64,000 nucleotides of DNA from Eledone cirrhosa (Eukaryota). Below the pieces are notes generated by a model. That model was not told the origin of the DNA and searched no databases. It saw nothing but the letters and a program-made list of their open reading frames with translations. Of this stretch, positions 17,374-29,739 are shown in pieces; positions within the stretch are counted from its first letter, which is position 1; the number at the start of each line of letters is the position of its first letter. The translations under genes were made by a program, and so were the position numbers. The stretch is from positions 18,538,001 through 18,602,000 of the forward strand of contig OZ024756.1 of NCBI GenBank assembly GCA_964016885.1, given 5' to 3'.

Positions 17374-17438
17374 CGTGAAATTAATAAACATTCGTTGTAC
17401 TGCCTCTCTGTTTGGTTCCTGTTCAAATTTTTCCATTA
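17373..17438 (+). mobile_element. Extreme 3' tip of the Penelope-like family found at 55800-58512
   Basis: GCGTGAAATTAATAAACATT..GTACTGCCTCTCTGTT matches 58449-58512. Confidence 0.7.
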
Positions 17439-17449
17439 TATATATATAT

Positions 17450-18806
17450 ATTTCCCAAGCGACTGATTAACGGAATTAGAGACCCCAGACCCAGTAGACT
17501 GACACCCACTAGAAAACTTAATATTAGCAGGTGCTTCTTTAAAATCCCCCACCTGAGTGAATATACCACGAACGCCATCCGCAGGGCCATACGTACGGAG
17601 GGACTTGACATACATTTGGCCCACACAGGACCTTCGCTGCGAAGATGCCTCTCCAACAAACCCTACGAGGCAGATAGGACTTGTTCCCTCAGCAACTGCC
17701 CGATACGGGGGGCAGATTGCCTACGCACCTATGTCGTATATAAGATTCAATGCGATAAATGTAACAAGTTTTACATAGGTAGCACCATCCGACCCCTACA
17801 TGTTCGTATCAAGGAACATATCAACACCAACGCATCTTCCTTCCGTAAACATATCCTCAAATGCGGAAACCCACAGGGTAGACCCTTGGTCACAGTCCTA
17901 GCGACTGAACGCAGCATCGGATCCTTAAGGATAAAAGAAGCACTTGTTATTAAGAACCTAAGACCCCCACTTAACAACCGGGCTGAGAGAAATGAGCTGA
18001 CATGGCTAACTTAACCATAATGACCATTCACAGCCCACGGCCTGCTATCTTCACACACACGCACGTATATGCATACCCATACGCATGCACACACACTTCT
18101 ATATTTTACACGCACACATGTTTTTACAACCTACCACCTTTCACACCCTTTGATTTCCAGCTTCTACAGCCCACTATCTTTCACACACAAACGCACTCAC
18201 ACATATACATACACAGTTACACACACACATGTATACCCATACGCTTACACACACACACATCTATATTTATACACGCACACATATTTTACAACCTACCACC
18301 TTTCACAACCTTTGATTTCCAACTTCTACAGCCCACTATCTTTCACACACACACACACTCACACATATACACACTTACACTTATACACACACAGTTACAC
18401 ACACATATATATTTACATACACATATCTTACGGCTTTCACACGCTAACGCACCCTCTTGATTTAACCCATTTGGTCAGTAGCTTTTGCCACAGCTTATCA
18501 CGCGCACGCGCATTCTCTCCCTCGTTTAAATTTTAAATATTTTTCTCCCCATAACGGCATTCCTGTCTTAACGACATCACCACTTTCTCCGCTTGGCCTG
18601 TTTTCCCCCCTTTTGGAACTTTTCCCCCGTTGATGGGCGTGAGCCCGAAATATTGGGATTAAAATCTCTACTACGGTAACCCTTCTACCTTTGTTTTGTT
18701 TTCATCTTTGTCTCTCTCAACTTTCACTTTCACCTGTTTTTCCTATCTATATTTCACTTCCTACCTCGAGATTTCCCTTTGCATTGTTGTGGCTTTCTTA
18801 AATACG

Positions 18807-18812
<6 letters not shown>
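17450..18812 (+). mobile_element. 5'-truncated Penelope-like element (family A): GIY-YIG endonuclease plus 3' UTR/pLTR
   Basis: ORF to 18014 with VVYKIQCDKCNKFYIGSTIRPLHVRIKEH and KEALVIKNLRPPLN. Hammerhead-like motif at 18623-18658. Inserted in (TA)n. Confidence 0.9.
18623..18658 (+). ncRNA. Minimal type I hammerhead-like motif, variant core (U4C, A6U)
   Basis: TCCC-CCGTTGA-T-GGGC-GTGA-GCCC-GAAAT-ATT-GGGA. Copies at 50200-50234 (CTGTTGA) and 60405-60441. Confidence 0.6.
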
Positions 18813-18846
<34 letters not shown>

Positions 18847-18991
18847 CTATATATATATATATATAGATTATATATATATATATATATAGATTATATATAT
18901 ATATATATATAGATTATATATATATATGTATATATATAGATTATATATATATATATATATATATAGATTATATATATATATATATATAGAT

Positions 18992-19023
<32 letters not shown>

Positions 19024-19047
19024 GATTATATATATATATATATATAT

Positions 19048-19249
19048 AACGAAGGAAATGTGGTAAGGAACCAGGTGGACCATGACGCACCAAAGTACTC
19101 AATACTTGAGGTAGTAGAGTGGGTAATAGGGACCAGTAAGACCCCGACAGCTGAGCTCAAGCCGTTTCGACGGCTAATTCTGGACTCAGTCCAGAATTAG
19201 CCGTCGAAACGGCTTGAGCTCAGCTGTCGGGGTCTTACTGGTCCCTATA
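19048..19249. mobile_element. Palindromic Penelope-like terminal fragment (family D)
   Basis: Perfect ~58-bp arms centred at about 19187, with GAAAC about 20 nt from the centre. Second copy at 19859-20050 has a shifted centre. Both flanked by (TA)n. PLE assignment is inferred. Confidence 0.6.
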
Positions 19250-19362
19250 TATATATATATATATAGATTATATATATATATATATATATAGATTATATAT
19301 ATATATATATATATAGATTATATATATATATATATATATAGATTATATATATATATATATAG

Positions 19363-19463
<101 letters not shown>

Positions 19464-19500
19464 TTATATATATATATATATATATATATAGATTATATAT

Positions 19501-19531
<31 letters not shown>

Positions 19532-19582
19532 GATTATATATATATATATATATATAGATTATATATATATATATATATATAG

Positions 19583-19640
<58 letters not shown>

Positions 19641-19690
19641 TAAAAATAATGAATAAAAACAAAGAAACAGTTCCTTATATTAAAAAATTC

Positions 19691-19818
19691 ATCATTTTAC
19701 GATCGTTTCTAGGATATATATGTGTGTGTTGGTATGTATATCATATAGATCTATGTAAAATTTTTACAAACTATCAGAGGGAATATACATACCTACACAT
19801 ATATATGCTGTCTTCAGA

Positions 19819-19824
<6 letters not shown>
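19691..19824 (-). ncRNA. Type I hammerhead ribozyme with ~100-nt stem II
   Basis: Minus strand: ATTATTT-CTGAAGA-[ATATATATGTGT..GGTATGTATAT / ATATACATACC..ACATATATAT]-GAAAC-GATC-GTA-AAATGAT. 7-bp stem I and palindromic stem III. Confidence 0.8.
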
Positions 19825-19858
<34 letters not shown>

Positions 19859-19860
<2 letters not shown>

Positions 19861-20045
19861 CGGAGGAAATGTGGTAAGGAACCAGGTGGACCATAACGCA
19901 CCAAAGTACTCAATACTTGGGGTAGTAGAGTGGGTAATAGGAACCAGTAAGACCCCGACGGCTGAGCTCAAGCCGTTTCGACGGCTAATTCTGGAGAATT
20001 AGCCGTCGAAACGGCTTGAGCTCAGCCGTCGGGGTCTTACTGGTT

Positions 20046-20050
<5 letters not shown>
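19859..20050. mobile_element. Second family D palindrome
   Basis: Near-identical to 19048-19249, centre at about 19994. Confidence 0.6.
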
Positions 20051-20084
<34 letters not shown>

Positions 20085-20281
20085 AGGGAGTGTAACGTTA
20101 AATTACTGTATGTTCACCCAGGTGAGTACTCGATGTTCACGTCAGTAGCGAGGTGTAGAGCTAGACAGAGTGTAATATATATTAATACAAGGACGATTTG
20201 TTAAGCCTTCATTATGTTTATTGATCGGTGGTGTGCATTTCTCTATCGATCTGGCCCGACTCTGGTGATTATTACAACAGA

Positions 20282-20366
20282 GGTCCGACGAACTTTTGAT
20301 TCTAGAGCCGGATCAGATCGATACAGATCGAACCTTGAACTTATCAAAAGCGAAACGCTCGTCACC
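20282..20366 (+). ncRNA. Type I hammerhead (U4C) inside an imperfect palindrome at 20182-20414
   Basis: GGT-CCGACGA-A-CTTTTGAT...ATCAAAAG-C-GAAAC-GCTC-GTC-ACC. Confidence 0.65.
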
Positions 20367-20409
20367 AATCAATAAATAAACGTAATGAAGGCTTAACAAA
20401 TCGTCCTTG

Positions 20410-20479
<70 letters not shown>

Positions 20480-20526
20480 TTGCATATATATATATATATA
20501 TATATATACATTTGCATATATACATT

Positions 20527-20567
<41 letters not shown>

Positions 20568-20571
<4 letters not shown>

Positions 20572-21223
20572 ATACGTACATACATATATGTATACAGACG
20601 TACAGTAGGATGTATATATATACACACATGCACACATATACATATGCACGTATCGGTTTACCGAACATTTATTATAATGCTCGGCTTGTTTGTTTGTAAA
20701 CAAACAAACAGCCCGAATTACACCGTACAGTGTTTAGGCAACCCCGTCACCTTTTTGTTCAACACTGACACAGGAACGATGTACTAGTTTCAAGCTTATT
20801 AGCTATCGTCAGCATCGTATACCTTCCTGCCAGATGGTTGAACGTCTGAAAGTATATACTTTCCTTATGCATATTAACGGCTGAGCAGCCTAATTTGCAT
20901 ATCGAGTGAGTTCAGTCGGCCGGGCACACCGAAAACGATAAATGGAATAGAATGAAACGAAATTTCATTTCTCACTCTTAGTACGGCACTTACTTAAATG
21001 TAAGTATGTATGTATGTATGTATGTATACGTACATACATATATGTATACAGACGTACGGTAGTATGTATATATATACACACATGCACACATATATATATA
21101 TGCACGTATCGGTTTACCGAACATTTATTATAATGCTCGGTTTGTTTGTTTGTAAACAAACAAACAGCCCGAATTACGCCGTACAGTGTTTAGGCAACCA
21201 CGTCACCTTTTTGTTCAACACTG
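20568..21223 (-). mobile_element. Non-coding hammerhead-containing element with ~200-bp direct terminal redundancy (period about 455 nt)
   Basis: 20568-20768 is repeated at 21022-21223. Hammerhead at 20776-20818. A further fragment lies at 25989-26170(+). Confidence 0.7.
20776..20818 (-). ncRNA. Canonical minimal type I hammerhead ribozyme
   Basis: Minus strand: ACGATG-CTGACGA-T-AGC-TAATAA-GCT-T-GAAAC-TA-GTA-CATCGT. Perfect 6-bp stem I, GUA site. Confidence 0.85.
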
Positions 21224-21224
21224 A

Positions 21225-21377
21225 ATATATTTATGTATATATATATATGCATATATGTATATATATATATGCATATATGTATATATATTTATGTATATAT
21301 ATATATATATATATATATGCATATATGTATATATATATATATATATGCATATATGTATATATATATATATATATGCA

Positions 21378-21408
<31 letters not shown>

Positions 21409-21887
21409 GCATATATGTATATATATACATATATATATATATGCATATATATATATATATATATGCATATATGTATATATATACATATATATATATATAT
21501 GCATATATGTATAAATATATATATATGTATATATATGTATATATGTATATATATGTATATATATATATGTGTATATATATGTATATATATATATGTATAT
21601 ATATGTATATATATGTATATATATGTATATATATGTGTATATATATGTATATATATATATGTATATGTATATATATGTGTATATATATGTATATGTATAT
21701 ATATGTGTATATATATGTATATATATATATATATGTATATGTATATATATGTGTATATATATGTATATATATATATATATGTATATGTATATATATGTAT
21801 ATATATGTATATATGTATATATATATATTTATGTATATATATGTATATATATATTTATGTATATAAATATATATATATATATTTATG

Positions 21888-21968
<81 letters not shown>

Positions 21969-22099
21969 GCATATATATATATATACATATATATATATAT
22001 GCATATAAGTATATATATATATATATGCATATATGTATATATATTTATGTATATATATGTATATATATATATATATGCATATATGTATATATATTTATG

Positions 22100-22130
<31 letters not shown>

Positions 22131-22685
22131 TTATGTATATATATATATATATATGCATATATGTATATATATTTATGTATATATATATATATATATATAT
22201 ATGCATATATGTATATGTATATATATGTATGTATATATATGTATATGTATGTATATATATATGTATATATGTATATATATGTATATATATATATGTATAT
22301 ATATGTATATATATATGTATATATATGTATATATATATGTATATATATGTATATATATATGTATATATATGTATATATATATGTATATATATATGTATAT
22401 ATATGTATATATATGTATATATATATATATATGTATGTATATATATGTATATATATATATATATGTATGTATATATATGTATATATATATATATATGTAT
22501 GTATATATATGTATATATATATATATGTATGTATATATATATGTATGTATATATATGTATATATGTATGTATATGTATGTATATATATGTATATATATAT
22601 ATATATATATGTATGTATATATATGTATATATATGTATATATATGTATATATATATATGTATATATATATATGTATATATATATG

Positions 22686-22771
<86 letters not shown>

Positions 22772-22841
22772 AATGTATGTATATATATGTATATATATAT
22801 ATAAATGTATGTATATATATGTATATATATATATATGTATA

Positions 22842-22880
<39 letters not shown>

Positions 22881-22980
22881 TCAACATGACATTTTAACCG
22901 TTTTATTTATGACATATATACACACAGTTACATACATACAACACAACCAAATGTATGTATGTATGTGTATGTGTGGATGC

Positions 22981-23013
<33 letters not shown>

Positions 23014-23158
23014 TGTATGTATGTATGTATGTATGTGTGTATGTATATATGTATGTGTGGATGCATATATGTATGTGTGTATGCATGTATGTATGCATTT
23101 ATGTATGTATGTTTGTGAATGTACATGCGTATGTATGTACGTATTTATGTATGTATGT
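21225..23158. repeat. (TA)n/(TATG)n compound microsatellite
   Basis: Seen directly. Confidence 0.95.
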
Positions 23159-23160
23159 CA

Positions 23161-23750
23161 GGTTACCAGTTAGTGCTACTGGTAAAATTTATCCCAGTAC
23201 AATCTGTCTCATGGTCGGGTCGTTGGCGACTAAACTGGCAACCCCACCAATGTTTCTTGGTGAGGAGGGTGACTTTGGACATCCTGCAGGACTAAAAACA
23301 AAACCTGTCAAAGAGCAAAGGAGCTCTTAAGAGTCAATGGCCATCCAAAATCACCGGGAGAGATGACCCCTTAGCCTTTGACAAGGCAGAATTCTAGGAG
23401 AAGGAAAACTCTGATATAACACCTGCAACCCTGATGGTATCCAATGATGTTGACTTGTTCTTATTTTTGGTAAAGAGAGTGGGACTGGCTTTGTGCAGTG
23501 CCTTTGCTCACTATAAAAGCTTCATGGCACAGGCATTGCTTTATATCTGGAGATCTATCTGCACTTGTCGTCACATGGTACCATGGGCCCAGCACTATGT
23601 GTCAATAATTGTCACAGGTATAGTGTTTGTACCAGAGTTTTCAAGTCGCTGGCTGGACTAAAAAGTCACACTCGTTCAGCGCATCGGTAGGGGTTCTCCT
23701 ACATGGATATAAAGTAGTGGCCGTACTCGAAAACGAGTTGGCAGCCACCA
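23161..23750 (+). mobile_element. Apparently full-length (~590 bp) bipartite RTE-derived non-autonomous element
   Basis: Structured 5' end, GGAGAAGGAAAACTCTG motif, zinc-finger remnant (first Cys mutated to Tyr), 3' hairpin and (TATG)n tail. Confidence 0.8.
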
Positions 23751-24217
23751 TGTATGTATGTATATATGTATGTATCAATGTGTATGTATGTATATATGTA
23801 TGTACGCGTATGTATGTAGGTACGTACGTATGTATGTATGTATGTATGTATGTATGTATGTATGTATGTATGTATGTATGTATGTATGTATGTATCTGTA
23901 TGGTGGTAATGGTAGTGTAACTGTAGTGTAACTATTACGCACTGCTTGTTGTAGTAATGTTCTGATATTGCTGCTGCTACTGCTGCTGCTACTGCTGCTG
24001 CTGCTGCTGCTGCTGTTGTTGTTTAATGGAAAAATAGAACCGAGGGAGACTGGACAGATGTCGTTAGATGATCGATTTTTTTTTTGTTTCATTTGTCACA
24101 ATAATTATTATTATGCATCGATTAGGTCGTCACGTGACTACTTTCTGTGTTACAGCGAGCGACAACCTATTCCCCCTTTCCACCACATAACCACAGGCAT
24201 CGCAACAGTCTGTCTAG

Positions 24218-24326
<109 letters not shown>

Positions 24327-24614
24327 TCACACACACACATACGCGCGCACACACACACACACACACCCACTCACACCCACACTCACACTCACACTCACAC
24401 ACACACACCTATATATTATATATATATATAAACGAAAGGTATAGAAAATATTGTAGCAATAAGCCAACAGTATTCCATAGTATATATACTATATATAATT
24501 GTTTCTACTTTAGGCACAAGACCAGCAATTACTCAGTGCATTACTGGTACTTTTATTTTATCGACCCCGTAAGGATGAAAGGCAAAGTCAACATATATAA
24601 TATATATAATATTA

Positions 24615-24647
<33 letters not shown>

Positions 24648-24948
24648 TATCATTAAGACCAAGGACTACAACGAAGACATAACAGGAACTCACATTTTGT
24701 TAGATGGATCATATTAACTTGTGTTGGAGGAAAGGCTATAATTTCACACACACACACACACACAGACACACACACACGCATACATATATATATGTATGTA
24801 TGTATTTATGTATGTATGTATGTATGTATCTATGTATGTATGCATGTATGTATATGTAGGATATCCATAGTTGTAAGGCAAAAGAATTAAAAAAATATGC
24901 TCGATCTGGTGCAAGAGAACTTATTTAGTTCTTATTGAGGATCATACA

Positions 24949-24993
<45 letters not shown>

Positions 24994-25135
24994 GCACGCA
25001 CATACATATATATATATGTATATATATACACACACAAACATACACACATACATATTCATATATATATACATATATATATACATACATATATATATACATA
25101 TATATACATACATATATATATACATACATACATAC

Positions 25136-25183
<48 letters not shown>

Positions 25184-25327
25184 GCACATACATATATATA
25201 TATGTATATATATACACACACAAACATACTCACATACATACATACATTCATATATATATACATATATATATACATATATATATACATACATATATACATG
25301 CATATATATATATGCATACATATATAT

Positions 25328-25396
<69 letters not shown>

Positions 25397-25537
25397 TACA
25401 TATATATATATATGTATATATATACACACACAAACATACACACATACATACATTCATATATATATACATATATATATACATACATATATATATACATATA
25501 TATATATACATACATATATATATACATACATACATAC

Positions 25538-25585
<48 letters not shown>

Positions 25586-26164
25586 GCACATACATATATA
25601 TGTATGTATATATATACACACACAAACACACACATACATACACACACATACATATACAGGCTCTATGGTGCAAATTCCTTAGTTTCATTGAAAAGCAGGA
25701 ATGTTCCACCACTGTAGAGATTAAAATCTAATTAATTACAGCGCTCACATTTAGTAGGCATAAGATTAATTACATATAATCTTTAATTGCAATTTTTAAC
25801 TTGGAAATTCTACAGTATATTCCCCCCCCCCCTCTCTGTATGTTGAGAGTTTGTTTAGGAGAGAGTCAGTTCGTTTAGACGCAAGTCAGTATCGTTTATT
25901 ACACAACTAGTAAAACTTCCAGACGTGACTAAGTGATACGCTGTGTATTATTTATTATATAACTAGTAAAACCACCAGACGTGACACACCGAGCATTATA
26001 ATAAATGTTCGGTGAATCCATACGTGCATATATATATGTGTGCATGTATGTATATATACATACTACTGTACGTCGGTATACATATATGTATGTACGTGTA
26101 CATACTTATATTTAAGTAACAGCCGTACTAAGAGTGGGAAATGCAATATCGTTTCATTTTTTCC

Positions 26165-26197
<33 letters not shown>

Positions 26198-26201
<4 letters not shown>

Positions 26202-26405
26202 AATAATGGAGCTGCGGCGCTGCAAATGAGTTACATATGAAAAAGTTTGTCCTCATCAGTGGCCTTCCAACCGTCGTAGGCATTTCGTCGCATTAAAGGC
26301 CATATACCTCAGGTTGGTGCGAGCAACGGCTAAAAAAAGTCGTTGGGACACGTAAATAAAGGGGACGCTAGGGTAAACAGACAAAATGGTTTAAGCAGCA
26401 GAAAG

Positions 26406-26410
<5 letters not shown>
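26198..26410. repeat. Dispersed repeat between (TA)n tracts, unclassified
   Basis: Second copy at about 28645-28860, sharing GGTTGGTGCGAGCAACGGCTAAAAAAAGTCGTTGGGACACGTAAATAAAGGGGAC. Confidence 0.75.
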
Positions 26411-26448
<38 letters not shown>

Positions 26449-26715
26449 TATTGTTTTGAATTAAGATTGTATTACTTTTTTTCTCTCATCTTACATTAAA
26501 TATTTTTTCATCTTGATGGTATAGTCACTTATATACCTGAATTATTGTTGCCATTTGGCTTACATTAATTTTATTTTCATTTATATATAATATATATATA
26601 TATAACTATTAAAGATACCAGACGTAACAAAGTGATAGTAGTCAGAACCAGTTATTACATAACCAGTAAAATACCAGACGTGATAAAGTGATATATTCAG
26701 TATTATATATATATA

Positions 26716-27010
26716 TACGATATTAAACAAATGGAAACTATATTTATAAAACCATATTTATTTCATTATACATATTTCGGGGATACCATATTAAAAATAT
26801 GGCATGCCTTCGTCAGATAAAATACAATATATAAACATATTTTTAATATGGTATCCCCGAAATATGTATAATGAAATAAATATGGTTTTATAACTATAGT
26901 TTCCATTTGTTTAATATCGTATATCTACTCCAAAAACTTGTCGAGTGCTTTATATCAGTTATAAAATATTTACTTGTTGTAACCCAACAATTTTAAATAA
27001 AACTTTTGCA
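26716..27010. mobile_element. Family C palindrome with hammerhead at 26760-26823(-)
   Basis: Left arm carries ATTTTAT-CTGACGA-..-GAAATATGTATA-ATGAAAT on the minus strand. The right arm starts inside stem II (about 26836) and runs to the full 3' tail. Confidence 0.75.
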
Positions 27011-27104
27011 TATATATATATATATACTCACACATACACATATATATATATCTAAGTCTAAAGTCTATCTGAAGCCCGGAAACTCACCAGACTGGTGTAA
27101 ATCC

Positions 27105-27320
27105 CGGTTTCCATGGCATTAAGCGACTGAGAATACAATAATACTCCCCCCTCCCTGGACAGGACACCAGTCCATCGCAGGGTTAAACTCCCACCTACTG
27201 CTGGTACTCATTTTCAGTTGAGTATACTGGAGCAACATGAACTGAAGTGTTTTGCTCAAGAACACAACACACAAGGCAGTCCAGGAATTGAACACCCTTA
27301 CCACTAGGCTACGTGCCTTC
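27105..27320 (-). mobile_element. tRNA-derived SINE (third family)
   Basis: Minus strand has A-box TAGCCTAGTGG, B-box GTTCAATTCC, then TTGTGTTCTTGAGCAAAACACTT and GCGATGGACTGGTGTCCTGTCCAGGG. Confidence 0.7.
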
Positions 27321-27438
27321 ACTATTTATTACATAACCAGTAAAATACCAGACGTGACAAAGTGATGCAAGTCAGGACTATTTATTATATAACTAGTAAA
27401 AACACCAGACGTGACAAAGTGATAATATATTCAGCATT

Positions 27439-27506
<68 letters not shown>

Positions 27507-28026
27507 ATGATCAAACCGCCACCCCCCTTCAAAAACGACGGTGAGGCGGTTTTCCTCTGTGTGATAGCTATGGCGAAAGAGGTTGTATGGTGGACGAGGT
27601 TAAAAGGGCTAAGGTCAGACACCTTTCTCTCCGGCCAACAACTGATTCTTTTTTTTCAAATACCACTTTGGAAGAAGAATCAGGATGGAGAGAGAGGTGC
27701 TGTACCCCAGCAAGTTTTATGAAAGGTGGGTGAAAGTGGCGAGAATGACCTGAGTGAATGGGCCTTCTCTCTCTCTATATCAGCCTGTAGGTTGAGGAAA
27801 AAGAGGAAGAGAGGAAAGGGGTACTTACTCTTCGTACTCTTGGAGATGAGGGTTGCACATTTTTTCGGGGGTATGTGTTACCCATATGTAATGTCTCCCC
27901 TATTGGGGAAAATCGATTGTTTTTTAAATTGCATTTGTGATAGTATTTTACACGTTTTTATTGTATGTAAACTTTCCCCTTTGTATTTGTCCCCTTCTTT
28001 TGTGCCCCTGTGGCTAATAAAGAAAC
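27507..28026 (+). mobile_element. Probable L1/Tx1-clade 3' fragment inserted in (TATC)n
   Basis: Frameshifted peptide FLCVIAMAKEVVWWTR...RIRMEREVL..SKFYERW resembles Tx1 ORF2 C-termini (from recall). T-rich 3'UTR with AATAAA at about 28016. (TATC)n on both sides. Confidence 0.6.
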
Positions 28027-28081
<55 letters not shown>

Positions 28082-28189
28082 AATCATATCTATCTAAATC
28101 ATATCTTATTTTGTTTGACCCGTTTAGCTTGTTCGCTTTTTTGGCTCTGGTGGTTAATGGCTTCTTAACCATCGTCTCAGTTTGTATGA

Positions 28190-28308
28190 CCTTTTTAACT
28201 TATGTTTATAGCTCTGGTATCTTCATATCCATGGAGCGCTTGTCTACACAATACGGAAGTTGCGTTTCACTAATTTCTGCCCGCCGAAATGCGATTCTCG
28301 GTAAATTT
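28190..28308. repeat. Dispersed repeat, inverse copy at 58995-59112
   Basis: GGAAGTTGCGTTTCACTAATTTCT..CGCCGAAATGCGATTCTCG occurs as its reverse complement at about 59000-59050. Confidence 0.75.
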
Positions 28309-29120
28309 ATATATATATTTAGCGCTGATGTTGGATGCTATATGTGATGTATATTGTTGATATACGATGTAAGTTATATATTTTGCACTCAGCCTCACCG
28401 CTATGTCCGGGTCAGTATAAAATCTTTTCCTGGCTCCTGTATTTTCGTTGCTCTAGTGATGCGGCTGGACTGCCGACCGCTATATCTGATTTGCTAAGCT
28501 GTCTGAACGTAATGTTATTACTCTGGGTCTTTCCTCATCTGAGTGCTCAAGCTACAGACCGATTATGCATATACGCTAGCTTGGCCGTATTCTAAAGCTT
28601 TGTCAATGCTGTACTAAAATTTATATATATATATATATATATATGAAATAAACGTGCTGCGGGGTTGCTAATGGGTTACATATGAATAAAGTTAGTCCTT
28701 CATCAGTGATCTTCCAACCATCATTGGTATTTCATCGCTTTAAAGACCATATACCTTCGGTTGGTGCGAGCAACGGCTAAAAAAAGTCGTTGGGACACGT
28801 AAATAAAGGGGACACGAGTGTAAACAAACAAAAATGGTGAAGCAACGAAAAGTGAGGAAGAAGGAGTCAAGTCCCAAATTTCTATGAATTTAAATTCGGT
28901 GAAATCGTGAACGAGAGAGAATAAAGACCATCAAATCTGGTCGATAAAATAAAGTACCAGTAATGCACTGGGTAATTGCTGGCCTTGTGCCAAAAGTAGA
29001 AACAATTATTACCATTTCCTGCTGAGGTTAACTTTACCTTTCATCCTTACGTGGTCAATAAAATAAAGTACCAGTAATGCACTGGATAATTGCTGGCCTT
29101 GTGCCTAAAGTAGAAACAAG

Positions 29121-29668
29121 TATTATTTATTACATAACCAGTAAAGACACCAGACGTGACAAAGTGAGTGTCTGTATTATTTATTACATAACCAGTAAAG
29201 ACACCAGACCTGACAAAGTGATTGTCTGTATTATTTATTACATAACCAGTAAAGACACCAGACGTGACAAAGTGATCCAGTATTATTTATTACATAACCA
29301 GTAAAGACACCAGACGTGACAAAGTGATCCAGTATTATTTATTACATAACCAGTAAAGACACCAGACGTGACAAAGTGATCCAGTATTATTTATTACATA
29401 ACCAGTAAAGACACCAGACGTGACAAAGTGATCCAGTATTATTTATTACATAACCAGTAAAGACACCAGACGTGACAAAGTGATCCAGTATTATTTATTA
29501 CATAACCAGTAAAGACACCAGACGTGACAAAGTGATCCAGTATTATTTATTACATAACCAGTAAAGACACCAGACGTGACAAAGTGATCCAGTATTATTT
29601 ATTACATAACCAGTAAAGACACCAGACGTGACAAAGTGATCCAGTATTATTTATTACATAACCAGTAA
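29121..29668. repeat. 52-bp minisatellite, about 10.5 copies
   Basis: Unit TATTATTTATTACATAACCAGTAAAGACACCAGACGTGACAAAGTGATCCAG. Diverged units at about 25890-25986, 26605-26700 and 27323-27425. Confidence 0.95.
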
Positions 29669-29739
29669 ATTCTTCAGACGATCAATATTTTAAGAAGTCA
29701 CTTACAGTAATCTGACCAACGACAGCACCACCATCGGCA

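Noticed and set aside
26240-26290. CTGATGA on the minus strand (also at about 28700) as a hammerhead
   Set aside because: No correctly placed GAAA or stem II pairing in either copy.
29121-29668. CRISPR-like regular array
   Set aside because: Units are contiguous identical 52-mers without unique spacers, there are no cas genes, and the context is eukaryotic.
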